Below are positions 29,455-45,760 of a DNA stretch of 64,000 bases, one piece after another. The notes below the pieces were generated by a model. The model was not told the origin of the DNA and made no database searches. It saw only the letters and a program-made list of their open reading frames with translations. Position numbers and translations under genes: made by a program. The stretch's first letter is position 1, and each line of letters opens with the position of its first letter. Source of the DNA: the human T2T-CHM13v2.0 reference genome, Homo sapiens; the NCBI RefSeq assembly GCF_009914755.1, contig NC_060930.1, one strand, 5' to 3'.

Positions 29455-32400
29455 GGTGGGGGGGATTTCTTTTTCTATTTCTGTGAATGTCATTGGTATT
29501 TTAATAGTGATTGCATTAAATCTGTAGATTGCTTTGGGTAGTATGCCCATTTTAACAATATTATTTCTTCCAATCCATGGACAGAAGATAGCTTTCCATT
29601 TCCATTTGTGTTCTTCTTCAATTTCTTTAATCAATGTTTTATAGTTTTCAGTGGAGAGATTTTACTTCCTTGGTTAAATTTATTCCTAGATATCTTAATT
29701 TTTTGTAGCTATTATAAACAGAATTGTTTTCTTGATTTCTTTTCCAGATAGCTTGCTGTTGGCATATATTAAATAGAAATGCTACTGATTTTTCTATGTT
29801 GATTTTGTGTTCCATGACTTTACTGAATTAGATAATTAGTTCTAACAGGTTTTTTTGGTGGATTCATTAGGGTTTTCTAAATATAAGATCACATCATCTG
29901 TAAACAAAGACAATTTAGCTTCCTCCTTTCCAATTTAGATGTATTTCTTTCTCTTGTCTAATTGCTCTAGCTAGGACTTCCAGTATTATGTTCAGTAAGA
30001 GTGGTGAAAGTAGGCACCCTTGTCTTATTTGTGATCACTGTTTCATACATTCAGTATGATGTCAACTGTGGGTTTGTAATATATGGCCTTTATTGTGTTG
30101 CAGTACATACCTTCTATATCTAATTTGTTAAGAGTTTGTATCATGAAGGGATGTTAAATTTATCAACTGCTTTTTCTAAATCTCTTGAAATGGTTTTTGT
30201 CTTTTTGTTAATGTGGTGTGTTGCATTTATTGATTTGTGTATGTTGAACTATCCTTGCATCCCTGGGATGAATCCACTTGATCATAGTGGATGATATTTT
30301 TAATTGCTGTTGAATTTGGTTTGCAAATACCTTGTTGAGAATTTTTGCATGTGCATTCATCAGGGATACTGACCTGCAGTTTACTTTTTTTGCAGTGTTT
30401 TTGTCTGGTTTTTGAATCAGGGTAATGCTGCCTTCATTTCCTTTCTTCTACCAATTTTGGGTTTATTTTGTTCTGTTCTTCTAGTTCACTGGGGTACATG
30501 GTTAGGTTATTTATTAGAAATCTTTCCTCTTTTTTGTTGTAGGTGTTTGTTGCTATGAACTTCCCTTTTAGAACTGCTTTCGTTGTGTCCCACAGGTTTT
30601 GCTTTGATCTGCTTCCATCCTCATTTGTCTCAAGAAACTTTTAAATTTCCTTCTTAATTTCTTCATTGACCCATTGATTATCAAAGAACATATTATTTAA
30701 TTTTCATGTATTTTTGAGGTTTCCAAAGTTTTTCTTCTTCTTAATTTCTAGTTTTATATCATTGTGGTCTGAAAAGATATTCTATCTTCTTAAATTTTTC
30801 AAGGCCTGTTTTGTGGCTTTACATGTGATGATCTATCCTGAAGAATATTCTATGTGTGGTTGAGAAGAATGTGTATTTTGCAGCTATTGGATGGAATGTT
30901 CTGTAAGTGTCTGTTAGGTCAATTTGGTCTATGACATAGTTTGTTGATTTTTCTGTCTAGATGGTCTGTCCGTTGTTGAAAGTGTAGTGTTGAAGCCCAC
31001 TATGATTACTGTATTGCAATCTCTCCTTTAGAGCTAATAATCTTTGCTTTATATATTTGCTCTGGTATTGGATATATATATATTTACAATAGTTACAGCT
31101 TCTTGTTGACTCAATCCCTTTATCATTATATAATGATCTTTCCCTCCTTTCACAGTTTTTGACTTAAAGTGTAATTTATCTGATATAAGTATGGCTACTC
31201 TTGTTCACTTTTGGTTTCCATTTGCATGGAATCTTTTTCCATCCTTTTATTTTCAGTATATGTTTGCCTTTAATGGTGAGGTTCATCTCTTATAGTTGGG
31301 TCTTGTTTTTTATCCATTCAGTCACTCTATATCTTTTAACTGGAGAATTTAATCCATTTACATTCAAGGTTGTTATTGATAGGTAAGGACTTACTCCTGC
31401 CATTTTGTTAATTGATTTCTGGTTTTTTTGTAGATTGTTTATTCTTTTCTTTCTCTTTTTGTTGTTTACCTCTGTGACTTGGTGGTTTTCTGTAGTACCA
31501 ACCTTTGTTTCCTTTCTCTTTGTTGTTTGTGTATCTATTGAAATTTGTGTGTGTGTGATTACCGTGGGGTTAACAAAACAAGTCTTGTAATTATAATAGA
31601 CTATTTTAAGCTGTTAACAACTTAACTTTGGTTCCATACAAATACTCTAGGCTCCTCCCCAACCTTTTTGCATTTTGGTTGCTTAATTTACATCTTTATC
31701 TTTTATGTGTTCTTTAGCCACTTAACTATTGATGTTTTTTACCTTTTTGACTTTAAATTGAAGAATTTACATGGTACCATTACAGCACTGGGGTATTCTG
31801 AGCATGGTTATGGATTTACCTATATTGGTGAGTTTTGTACTTCCATGTGTTTTTATGATATTAATTATCACCCATTTGTTTTCCTATTGTAAAATTCCTT
31901 TAAGCAATTTTTGTAAGCCTGGTCTACTGGTGATGAGTTCTCTCAGTTTTTGCTTGTCTGAGAAGTTCTTTTATTTCTCTTTCTAGTCTGTTGTTGAAGC
32001 TCTCAATGGTATTTTTTATTTTTGTTTATTTATTCCTCAACAGAAGCCACGTTTACTGTATTTTTTATTCACTGTATTTTGTTCATTGAATTCTTCAGCT
32101 CCAAGATTTCTGTTTGGTTCTTTTTTATGATATCTATCTTTTTGTTGAATTTCTCATACAGATTATGAATTGATTTCCTGCTTTCATTGAATTGTCTGTA
32201 TTCTTATATTTCACTGAGTTTCCTTAAGATCATCATTTTGAATTCTTTTTCAGGGATTTCATAAATATCATTTTTGGGAGGATCTGTTAATGGAGACTTA
32301 TTGTGTTTTGGGGGAGGTGTCATCTTTTCTTGCTTTTTTCTTCTTGTGTCCCTACATTGATATCTGTCCATCTGGTAATACAGTGGCTTTTTCCAATTTT

Positions 32401-33995
32401 ATGGAGTGGCTTCTGTAGGAAGAGGCTTTTTCCTATACCTGGGTCTAGGGTGTTGGTTGGGAATGGTGCATTGACTTTGGTTCTGGGTGAGTAGACTCAG
32501 TAGTGTGGTCTTCATAAAGATTCTTCAGCTGTGATCCTTACCTGCAATGCCTGTGATTAGCTCAGTGTCCCAGACTGCAGTCTATGACTGTGGTGGTATG
32601 GTTTTGCAGGGGTCAGGGGCACTAAGCTGGTTGTTTGCTGGACATGTGCAGATGTGGCAGGCCAGCAGATTATGTGGTGGGCTCTCCTTAATGGCATGGT
32701 CACCACTGTGCTATCTGTCAGGTCTGGGTCAGATGCGTATAGGTTAGGCAGCTGAGTGGGCATTCTCTCCAGTGGTGTAGGGTCCCCTCCAGGCTTGCTC
32801 TCAGGCCAGGGAAGACATAAATGGCCTGGTTGCTGCACAAGATCCCTTCCTGTGGTGCAGGGCCATCTCCAAGCTGGCTGTCAAACCAGGGTTGGGTAAA
32901 TGTCCAACAGTTGTGCACAACTCTCTCTGGTGAGGTGGGGCTGGCTATAAGGCCAAGGGCAGGCACATGTGGGTAGCTGCTGCTGGTAACCTTCTATGGT
33001 GGGGTGGTGCCACCTTACCAGTTGTCAATCCTGGGGCAGGTGCTTGCAGGCCAGAGGCTATACGCAACTCTCTCTGGTGGGGTGGGCTGACTTTAGGCCA
33101 ACTGTCAGGCAGGGGGGTGGGTGCCTGTGGGCCTGATATCTGCTCATGGACTTCCCACTGCTGCACAGTTGGCTTGTGTCCCTGGGTGATAAGGTGCCTC
33201 ATGAATTTGGGCGTGGGTGTCCCAGTTGTTCCTTTGGGCCTAGGTTCTGGGTAGCTGGGGTACTGGTATTGTAGGCACCTGTGGGAATTTAGTGTAATGA
33301 AAGCAAGGTGTCAGGGATGGATTGGTGGAAGGCAGTGTACACTCCAAATATGGGTCCAGTTTCAAGATGGTGTTGTGCTGTAGTGGCTTAGATCCTGGGG
33401 ATGGGAGGTGTCAAGGGAGTTCTTGCTCTGGGAAATGCAAACACAGCTGTTTAGACTCCCAGCAACTGTTCACACTGGACTTAGGGCCTTCCTGCAGCAA
33501 TGACTACTAGAGTCTGTGGCAGTGTGGAGACTGCCAAGGGTCTGCAGCTTACTTTTTCTCATAAGAAAGGTCTCTCCAGCTCTGACCTGATCCCAGCAAG
33601 GAGACAGTGTGGCAGAGGCAGGATTCCTTACTCCCCTTTCTATGGAGTGAGCTGTCCTAGGCTTCTGTGATCCACAGGGGTTTTGTGGTTTTCCTGGTGC
33701 TATCCAGCAACTTCCTCAGTCACTCCAGTCAGAATATAGCCGTTTATTCATTGTTTTGGTTTCTTTGGGTTAGGGAGATGAAAGCCAGGCAACTCTAGTT
33801 GGCCATCTTGCTGATGTCACTCTCAGTGGGCCAAGGTCTTGATAAAATGTTGATTTGATTGTGTCACAAGACCAAAAATTGCTTCAAAATAGAAAAAAAT
33901 CAATTACTATTTTTAATGTAAAAGTCTTTATATAATATATAGGAAAAGATATAATTCCCTTGTCATTTTTTTGGTAGATTGAAAAAGAAAACATT

Positions 33996-34369
<374 letters not shown>

Positions 34370-36969
34370 TTATCCAGAAATAAGAACACAAAATTATCCT
34401 CTGTAAATGATGCATTGAGTTTGTTCATTAATATCTGGAGAAACAGAGATTAAATGCCTAAAATGTCTAAAATGTGCATAGGTGAAGAAACATAAAGAAC
34501 TATAGGAAGAATTTGTCTTCTACGGAGAGACTCATGACTCCAGCAGGGCATGAAAAGCCAACCAAAGAGGGGAGTCCTTAGTCCACATTACAGTTGTCAT
34601 TTCCCTCTCAGAATGTCTACGTACTGTTTAGTGAAATATATCTACAAAGCTGGAGTGATGTAATGCTGTTGGCTTCTTAAAAGAGCCAGGAGAATCCCTC
34701 CTTCACCCTGGTGTGAATGCAGGCTGTTTCCCCTGCATTTCCCCTTTGGGGAAGCAACAACTGTGGCATAACCATCTTTAAGCCAGGCTTGCCTGGCATG
34801 AGGTTTGCTAAAGGAATAAGGACAGAAAGAAAATTCTGTAGCTTAGTTTAGGGGGGAGCAGTTCACCAGGTAGGCTATGAAAGAGGAACTAATCGAAACC
34901 TAATAAAATAGATTGAGGAGATTAAAATAAAGGATAGTGAATTAAAGATTATATCTTTCAGAAATGTCATATTTTTTACACTCAGAAGATTTGTAGGGCC
35001 CTATGAACACTTTCTCTACATTTATCCACATGTACATCATCTGTGACTCGTAGCTGAAATATGTTTATATGAATTTTTTTCCAATATGATATGGAAGGGC
35101 AGGGCTAGCAAATGTGGGAGGAACATCAGGTGCTGGCAATTTTGCTTTCCTTTGCATTTAGCCCCACCTCTGTGCATTGCAGAACTCAGTCATAGAGTCA
35201 GGAGCAGGAATACAGATTCACAGAAAGAATGAGCATGTGAGGAAAGTCCTCAAGCTAGAATTGACCCCTGGCAAATTTGGCTAAGGGAGCAGAAAGTAGA
35301 AGGTGTGCCAAATTCCCATTCCCTTTCTCACACTCTGTGAAAAGGCCTGTTGCTCTTGATGAGCACTTGATCATTTTTCAACTTGTGCTTCAAAAAATGT
35401 GTCCTCATGATATAGTATAATATCTTGATTAAGGCTGGAAAGTAACTAAAACTGGCAGGTCTTCCTCTAATTGCTGTGTGATATTAATTTAACGAAGCCT
35501 CCTCTTGCAAGAGAATTTCATTGGTTTGCTTAAAAACAAAACTACAGGCTTGCTATATTTATTTCATTCATTATGATAACCACAAAGCATTACCCTTTTT
35601 TCAAACACTTTATTTAAACAAAATGATGAAATACTCACAAGTCGTGTCAGAGCAGTTATTGCGTATGCTTATTAATGAAGGTCTCAGTACAAAGGCTCCT
35701 CAGCATGAGCCACCTGTGTGGAGGCTGCATGCAAAAGGACTGACTCCTGATCAAAAACTGGAAAATGCTGATGGAGGCTGAAGGCAGGTAGATGTGTCTT
35801 TTGTCTTTTACAGGGAACATTGCCCTATAACAGAGTTAATAATGCCATTTACAAACTGGAGCTTATATTTTTTCCTACCAAATTGTGATCTACTATGAGA
35901 CTGACTTAGGGCTGAGATAGAGCATAGAGGCATAACTTTGAGAGTGAAACCTACATGGTTTGTGGCCATTTCCACTGAGAAATATTAACTTCCCCTAAGT
36001 TCAACATGACCCAAGCTGGACTCCCTACCCTCCGACGGAGCTCTCCAGTGCTCTTCCAGGCCTCGAGACTCTGCGTCATGGAGTTCCTTTGGATTCATCT
36101 CTCTCTCTCAGTGTCTGCTTTCCTTTGGTTCTTTCTTTTCCTCCCTCCATTTCCATATGTGGTGGTCACTTCAGGCCTCTTAACACCTTACGTCTGAACT
36201 GCTGACTCTAGGTCCTCATCCACTTGGACCCACCAGGGGCTGCAATGCTTTCCTTTCTCCAACACTGCTGCAGATCATGTCGCCTCCCCGCTCAGAAACC
36301 TTAAAAGTTTTCATATTTCCCATGACATCACACCTAAGCTTCTTGACTTGCCTCTCAAGGCTTTCCCCAAACGAGATCAATCATACTTATTCAACCTCCC
36401 ATATATTCATTCCACCAATCTTCTTCGTGCCTTATAACTCCAGTTCGACCCCTGTGCCTGGTGTCATTTGGTTGCCTTTCCTCAGTCTGTTCCCCTCACC
36501 CAGAATGCCTTTTCTTGGCCCTCATCTTATTAAATCCATCCTTTAAGGCTAGTACTGTGTTCTTCCTGTGGTCTTCTGACTGCACACCCTCACTAATCTC
36601 TTTCTCTTTGAACTCTTAAAGCATTACGCATATCTCAACTACATACTTTAGCAACTAATTATATGTCTGTCTGCACATTAGTGGTTGTTTTATAGACAAG
36701 CCTATAAGCTTCTAGATGTCAAAATAAGTCGTATGTTGTCTATCCATTCCATACTGAGTACATGGTAGGTGCTGTATAGAAGATACTAATTGTTTCATAT
36801 CTTTTCTGTGCAGGTTGGGTTAATAGAAGAATTCCTATTTTCATATTATGTTTTCAAGTACTTATAAAGTAATAGTACCAAACAAATGTTTATAATATGA
36901 ATGATTGTTAGAGAATTAGATTCGTATTAGATTATAAGGGTTTTATCTGCTATTAGCCATAATACTTCT

Positions 36970-37063
36970 GAAGAAAGGAAGGAAGTGGGAGAGGGAGGGA
37001 GGGAGGAAGAGAGGAAGGAAAGAAGGAAGGGAAGAAGGAAGGAAAGGAAGGAAGGAAGGAAGG
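36970..37063. repeat. Polypurine GGAA/GGGA-rich tract
   Basis: ~95 nt, almost pure A/G. Confidence 0.85.
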
Positions 37064-37659
37064 ACCGACCCAGAGCTAGGGTGCTTGTATTTTAAGTATT
37101 TATTCAAACGCCACCTTCTCAACAAAGCACTGCTTCTTCTACGCAGGCCATCCATATATGGTAGTTATTATCATATGGCACTTATCATATACATACCTCT
37201 AAATATTATAACAATATCCCCTTGTATTGTCTTCACATATCCATCCTTCTTCCTTCCCTTTTACCTCAAACTGAGTTCTTAATGTAAGAGACTTGTCCTT
37301 TAATCCCTGAATCTGCAAAGCTGGCAACCAATAAATGCTTGTTGAATGAATAAATGAAATACGGGAGCACTCATGTAACCATGAGTGTGACATTCTGTAA
37401 ATATAGTCATGGTAGGCAAATGACCATTGAGTCTTTTCACAAATTAACCTTTTTCTATTTTTAATTTTTTTTTTTTTTACTTTTAGGAGAGCCTGTTAAT
37501 CTATTCTATTTTTATCCTTTTACATAGACTTACAGAGAAAATTACAGAAGAGTTTAGATCAGGAAAAAATGAATCATTTCTTGCCAAGCCTGGGGGATTT
37601 TGTAATATTTTTGTAAAATTAGATATCACTATCTTTTTTGTATAACCCTTCTGAAAAAC

Positions 37660-38910
37660 AGAAACAATCTTTAAAAAATGGGCAAAAGACTTGAATGACA
37701 TTTCTCCAAAGATAAATAAATGGCTAACATGCATAAGAAAAGATGCTCAACATTATTAATCATTAGAGAAATGCAAATTAAAATCACAATAAGATATCAC
37801 CTCACATCCATGAGGATGGCCACTATCAAAAAATAATAAGTTGGTGAAGATGTTGGGAAACTGGAACTCTTATGCACTGTTACTGGGAATATAAAATGGT
37901 GCAGCTACTATAGGAAAGAGTATGGCAATTCCTCAAAAAGTTAAAACTAGACTTACCATATAATCTACCAGTCTCAGGGTGTATATATCCAAAAGCATTG
38001 AGAGCAGGATCTCAAAGAGATATTTACACACCCATGTTCTCTGCAGCATTATTCACAATAGTCAAGAGAAGGAAAGAAACCAAATGTCCATCAACAGATA
38101 AATGGATAAAGAATATGTGCTGTAATAAAAGGAACGAGATCATGTCCTTTGCAGGGACATGGATAGAGCTGGAAGCCATTATCCTCAGCAAACTAATGCA
38201 GGAACAGAAAACCAAACACCGCATGTTCTCACTTATAAGTGGGATGAGAACACATGGACACATGGTGGGGGAACAACACACACTGGGGCCTGTCAGCAGG
38301 GGAGGGGAAGGGAGAGAATCAGGAAGAATAGCTAATGGATGCTGGGCTTAATACCTAGGTGATGGGTTGATCTGTGCAGCTAACCACCATGGCATACGTT
38401 TACCCATGTAACAAACCTGCACATCCTGCACATATACCCTGGAAGTTAAAATATAAGTTAAAGGGGAAAAAAAAGAATATGTGGTATATGCATACAATGG
38501 GATATTATTCAGCCATAAAAAGAATGAAGTACTGATAAATATGCATGTGTCAGTCTGCATACATATGCATACAACATAGATAACCTTGAAAACATTATGC
38601 TATATGAAAGAAGCTAGTCACCAAAAACAAATGTATGATTCCATTTAGACGAGATACCTAAAGTAGTCAAACTCAGAGTCAGAAAGTAAAATTGTGGTTG
38701 CCAGGGGCTGGGGGTGGCAGGGGGTGGGCAGAGGAGAATGGGAGTTTCTGGATGATTATAGATTTCAGATTTTCAAGATGAAAAAGTTCTGGAGATCTAT
38801 TCTACAGCAATGTACATATAGTTAACACTATAGAACACTACACTTTAAAAATGGTTAAGATGGTACATTTTACGTTTTGTGCTTTCTACCACAGTTAAAT
38901 TTAAAAAAAT
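37660..38910 (+). mobile_element. L1MB-type 3' fragment containing a nested L1PA 3' end
   Basis: aaaaatgggcaaaagacttgaa...aaaaatggttaagatggta. Confidence 0.8.
38120..38471 (+). mobile_element. 5'-truncated L1PA (older primate subfamily) 3'UTR with 12-bp TSD
   Basis: gagatcatgtcctttgcagggacatggat...; TSD aaagaatatgtg at 38108 and 38472. Confidence 0.85.
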
Positions 38911-41900
38911 GAATAGCATTTCAAATGCATATTCACCATCAACAATACGCTGACATGAGCCAGCAGATGCTTAATATATGTTTCTAGTACTGGTGGTCAT
39001 GATGAAAGAAAGAGGAGAACATTTTTTCTTGATGTACATCAAAGACTTAAGTAATTAAGAGGTCTGATAGTAGTGTCATTATTTTGTGGAAGAATGTAAC
39101 TTGCTATCAAGTACTGAAAACTTCTGATAAGACATATAGCAAGTAGAAACTATAGACTAAATGTTATGATAACTTATAATTATCTAATTATATTGATAAA
39201 TTTAGGTGTCCATTATTTAAGTATTATGAGGTGAGCATAATTTTTGCCTTTTCAATTATTATGTTGCATGCTTGGACACATTTTTGTAATGGCACATGGG
39301 ATGTAGTTTGTAGTGTATAATGTATATTTTTGTTTTTTAAAAAAGTGTAAGTAAATAAAAGCTGGAATTAAAATAAAGCAAAACAAAACACACAACATTA
39401 AATAAAATTGACCTTGTTCACCAGAGAAGGAAAATCAAAGGTACCATATATCCTTCTTTCTCTATCTACTTCCTATCTACCTATAATCCTATAATCAGGT
39501 TTTTCATGCAATTTAATGTATGCAGGGCAACTTTCTACAAACTACCTACTACTTCCTCTGTTGTCTTTTCAGCAATTTTGGTTCAGTGTCACACCCAAAA
39601 AAGGGCACACCTCTTTAACACTTTCAACTCTTGAATCAAACACACCCTTATTAAATGTGCTTTTCACATCAACAGTCAGTGTCTGTCATTCAGCTCTGGG
39701 AGAGAGCCGGCTCTGGCTCTGGGAGAGAGCAGCACTGCCGAAGGTGAGCTGATGAGAGCTCACCAGGGTATGCTGGAAGGAGGAGGATGAGACAAGGGTA
39801 ATTTGAGAAGTAAGAAGATTGATATGGTAATGCACACACGGCTACATTTTACTTCCCATATTCTCTTGGTGTATCTATAGAAAACAAAAAAGAAGCAACA
39901 CTATGGTAAGAAACTAACTGAAGTTTTTTCTTTTCATTGCCTAAGACTTTGTTTTGGACTTATATAGTATTATTAATAACATCAAGTAACTTCACAATGT
40001 ATTTATTGTCTAGATCTGGTAGTTTTGGGGGGGCTCAAAAATCTGAAGCATTTGTGAATATATGGAATATAGTGGGGGGGCTGAGTACCCTTGGATACTT
40101 TGGCTCGAAGCAGAAATAAAAATGTCCAGTATAGGATCTGCTGCTGTCTGTGCTTTTCTAGGTTCTTTAAAATATTACAGGTAATCATTAACAAGCTACT
40201 CTCATTGAATATATTTGAGTTAGTTCCATCAGTCATTCTTACAGCATCTATTTTATAGACCCATTGTTGAGTGTACTATAAATAACTTATTTAATCCTTT
40301 TTTTCCTTGAGTAAAAAAAAAAAAAAAAAAAAAACTTTCCCCCCTGCCCCCTTTTCAAATTTCAAAGGCAAAGTGATATTCAACTCCTTGGAAAAAGACT
40401 AGTAGGGAAATATTGCTTTGAGAGTAAGGATTGATTTTTATTTTTCTTAATGGTAGGCAAAGTTAGAACTCTACTACACATTCTTTTAAAATGTAGGTTA
40501 TCTTTCAAATGTGTTCCCAGTGGGTGTTGACGGCCTTCTGCCCTCATCAGCCTGTCCCCATAACAAGTTATTATGTATTGCACATACTTTCCCCAAACAA
40601 GATTTTATTTGGACACAAAAATTTATTGGAGACACTGGGCTTCTTACAACCCTGCTATTTAAGAAGTGGTTGGGATTAAAATAAATTATAAGAAATAGCA
40701 ATCCTGTAAACTTTTAAGAAAAAGAAGTTTACATAAGACCTATTAAACTTTGCTTCACCAGTTTGGTCATAGAGGCATAAGTATAAAGCCCCGATTAAGT
40801 GTTGGGCGTTATTAGCCTTCCTTTTCTTTGTTAATAGTTTAATACTTAACACTTTCCTTATCATTTGATATTTTAGACACAATGGCTTAATAACTACACT
40901 GACAAATCATCTTTACACTAAGGTATAAGCTCTTCATCTTCCCCTAGAAATCGTAACAGAATTAATACCTCGTGACTTAAAACCTTTTTTGAAACAATTT
41001 GCCAATTTTTTTTTTTAAATCTAGGTTTAAGAGCGTCATGACTATGAACCTTCAAAAATAATTTTAAGTTTAATTGAAATTTCTGATATTTTGGTCAACC
41101 ATCTTATTAGAGACTAATTATAAATATCTAAAAATCTACTAAGCAGATTAACTATAGCCTATGTACATTGATAGGTAAACTTAGGTTGGTGAGAATGGCA
41201 GGAGGAGGTATTTTGGCCAGGCTGATCATTTTGAAGGTTGTTTGTCTCTTGAGTTTCTCTGTGATACAAGATAAAGATACATGGCAAGTGCTGCAGGTAC
41301 TAACAGCGTAGTGGCTAGTGAGACGACATTTTAATTTTCATTCGAAGTGTTGAAATGGGCAGGAACCTGCTGCCTGTGCCTCCAGGTGTAATCAGGACTA
41401 GAGCAGGGCAGGAGAGCCTGGCGCACAGGCTTGTCCACCTCAAGCCTGTACAGGAGCAGTGTTTGCAAAACGCAATCCAGAGGCACAAGCCAAGGCAGAG
41501 AGAAGGCATCTGAGGCTCCCTCTGCCTGCCAGGAACACTGTAGTAAGAGGGTGATGAAATATTTCACTTTTCAAAACCGAAAGAGCAGGAAATTTCTCAC
41601 CATCAGCCCACTCCTGACACATATAGTCCTAACCTCTGCCACCCTCCCCACCCCCCATGACACCAGCCCAAGACAGAATCTAATGGAATGGGTGAAGAAT
41701 AAAACCAAATTCCATACGAGGGGAAATCAGGCCGGTCTTCCTGAGGGTAGAAAGAAACTGAGTGGGAAAAGACATTCGATGTTGCATGAAAACCCTTACA
41801 AGGATAATTTTATAGAATATATTCACCCCAACGAGAGGAAGTGTGAACTGCTTCCAAGTTCAGCAGTTCGATGTGGCTTTTTGGGCTCTCCTGGAACTGT

Positions 41901-42303
41901 CCTTCATGGCCCATACTCCTTGGTCTCCATGGTCTATTTCCTGTCTTTTACACCTGTCGGCCTTCCCCCTGCACCCCTTAGTAGCAGGCTCTGCTTCCAG
42001 CTCTTTCTGTGTCTGAGGGGACCTGCCTTGTTCATCCCTGTTCATGTTTACGTGTGTGTGCACACATGTGTGCGTGTATGTGATAGTCAAATACAGCCCA
42101 AAGGAACAGAACAAGCAATAGAAGAAGAGAAAGAGCACAAACATTACTAGGCATCTTCTAGTCCCACCAGCTATGTGTGACCGTTGGCAAATCCCTTTTC
42201 ACCCTGCAGTTTTTTCAAATGTGAAATGAAGATAACAATTATCACCTCACATGACTGTTATAAAGTACTTGGCACACGCAGGTTCTTAAGAACTGTCAGC
42301 TGA

Positions 42304-42628
<325 letters not shown>

Positions 42629-42862
42629 TCACAAAAGAGGAAAAACTGAAAGGCCAATAGGTATATAAAACATAGTCAATGCCATTAGAAACCAAAGAAA
42701 TGCAAGCTACCTAGTTTTGCAAAATATAGCTTACACTAGAAAAGTGTATGAACATACAAATAATGACTAATTATAAAGCAAACACCTGTATTACTAGACA
42801 TAATTCAAGAAATAGAATATTGCTGCCACCCGTTAAGTCTCCTCCTGTTGGTCTCTCTGATC

Positions 42863-42934
42863 AGGTTTTGATCACAGTCCCTAAAGACGCAATCCGGAAC
42901 GCCATAATCCCGAATGGGGTTGTGATCCAATCCC
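42863..42934 (+). mobile_element. Miniature Ricksha-like (MULE/MuDR) remnant with both termini
   Basis: Resembles the recalled Ricksha 5' end (gacgcaatccggaacgccataatcccgaatg). Imperfect 19-bp terminal inverted repeats, 14/19 matching. Confidence 0.55.
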
Positions 42935-43103
42935 ATTAGGAATGTATCTTATGGAAATAATTAATGATATGGGTAGAGATAAGCCAGGAATACATTTTCT
43001 GCAGCCTGTGATACGTTAAAAATAATATAAATGAACAACTGTAGCAATTGTGGTATATCAGCATAATGGAATTCAATGTGACCATCAGAAATATTAATAT
43101 CGG

Positions 43104-43385
43104 TCACACCTGTAATCCTAGCAGTTTGGGAGGCTGAGGTGGGCAGATAACTTGAGGTTAAGAGTTTGAGACCAGCCTGGCCAACATGGTGAATAACCAT
43201 CTCTACTAAAAATACAAAATTAGCCAGGCGTGATGGTGAGCACCTGTAATCCCAGCTACTCAGAAGGCTGAGGCAGGAGGATTGCTTGAACTCAGGAGGC
43301 AGAGGTTGCAGTGAGCCAAGATCATGCCACTGCACTCCAGCCTGGGCAAAAAAAGTGAGACCCGTCTCAAAAAGAAAAAAAATAA
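43104..43385 (+). mobile_element. AluS, slightly 5' truncated
   Basis: Alu body with A-tail. Confidence 0.85.
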
Positions 43386-43420
43386 ATATAGAGGTATATT
43401 TATTGGCACGAACTCAGTGA

Positions 43421-45205
<1,785 letters not shown>

Positions 45206-45509
45206 ATATGTATTTATTTCATGGTTTTCTTTTCCATTTCCCTTCTCTTCCCCAGAGATTGTATTGGGCATTTTACAAACATTTCAGTTTATCCTTAAAA
45301 TAATCCAGAGGAGGAATATTTTAGAAACTAGATTTTGGGGAGTCATTTGAGAAAGAGAATAAGGCTAGAGACAGGCCTTTGTTTCTATCTGAAAGTTGCT
45401 TACTCAGGTTCGGTGATAGGTGATTGCCCCAAACCACTGTCCATTCCATGATACACTGTTGTCTGACTCTTGATTGTTGATAGGCTGGAGGATAAAGGAT
45501 TTCTGGAAA

Positions 45510-45760
45510 ATATGTACATTTGGTAAATATTTAAGTGCCTATTGGTACCAAGCATTGATGAAGAGGTAGGGACACAGGTGAACAAAATAACGTTCTTGTT
45601 CCTCACGAAGCTTATGTTCTGTAAGCAGACACAGCAATAAAGAAATATACAAATATATATGCAATATGGTTCAGGTAATGTTAAGTGCTATGAAGAAAAA
45701 TAAAGGAGAATAGATCATAGAAAGTGAGGGTGCTGTTTTACATAGGGTGATTCAAAAGTG
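45510..45760 (-). mobile_element. L2 fragment
   Basis: atatttaagtgcctatt...aagtgctatgaagaaaaataaa. Confidence 0.6.

Noticed and set aside
41431-42150. 239-aa ORF
   Set aside because: Non-ATG start, no recognisable domain, runs through a TG repeat, no convincing splice sites
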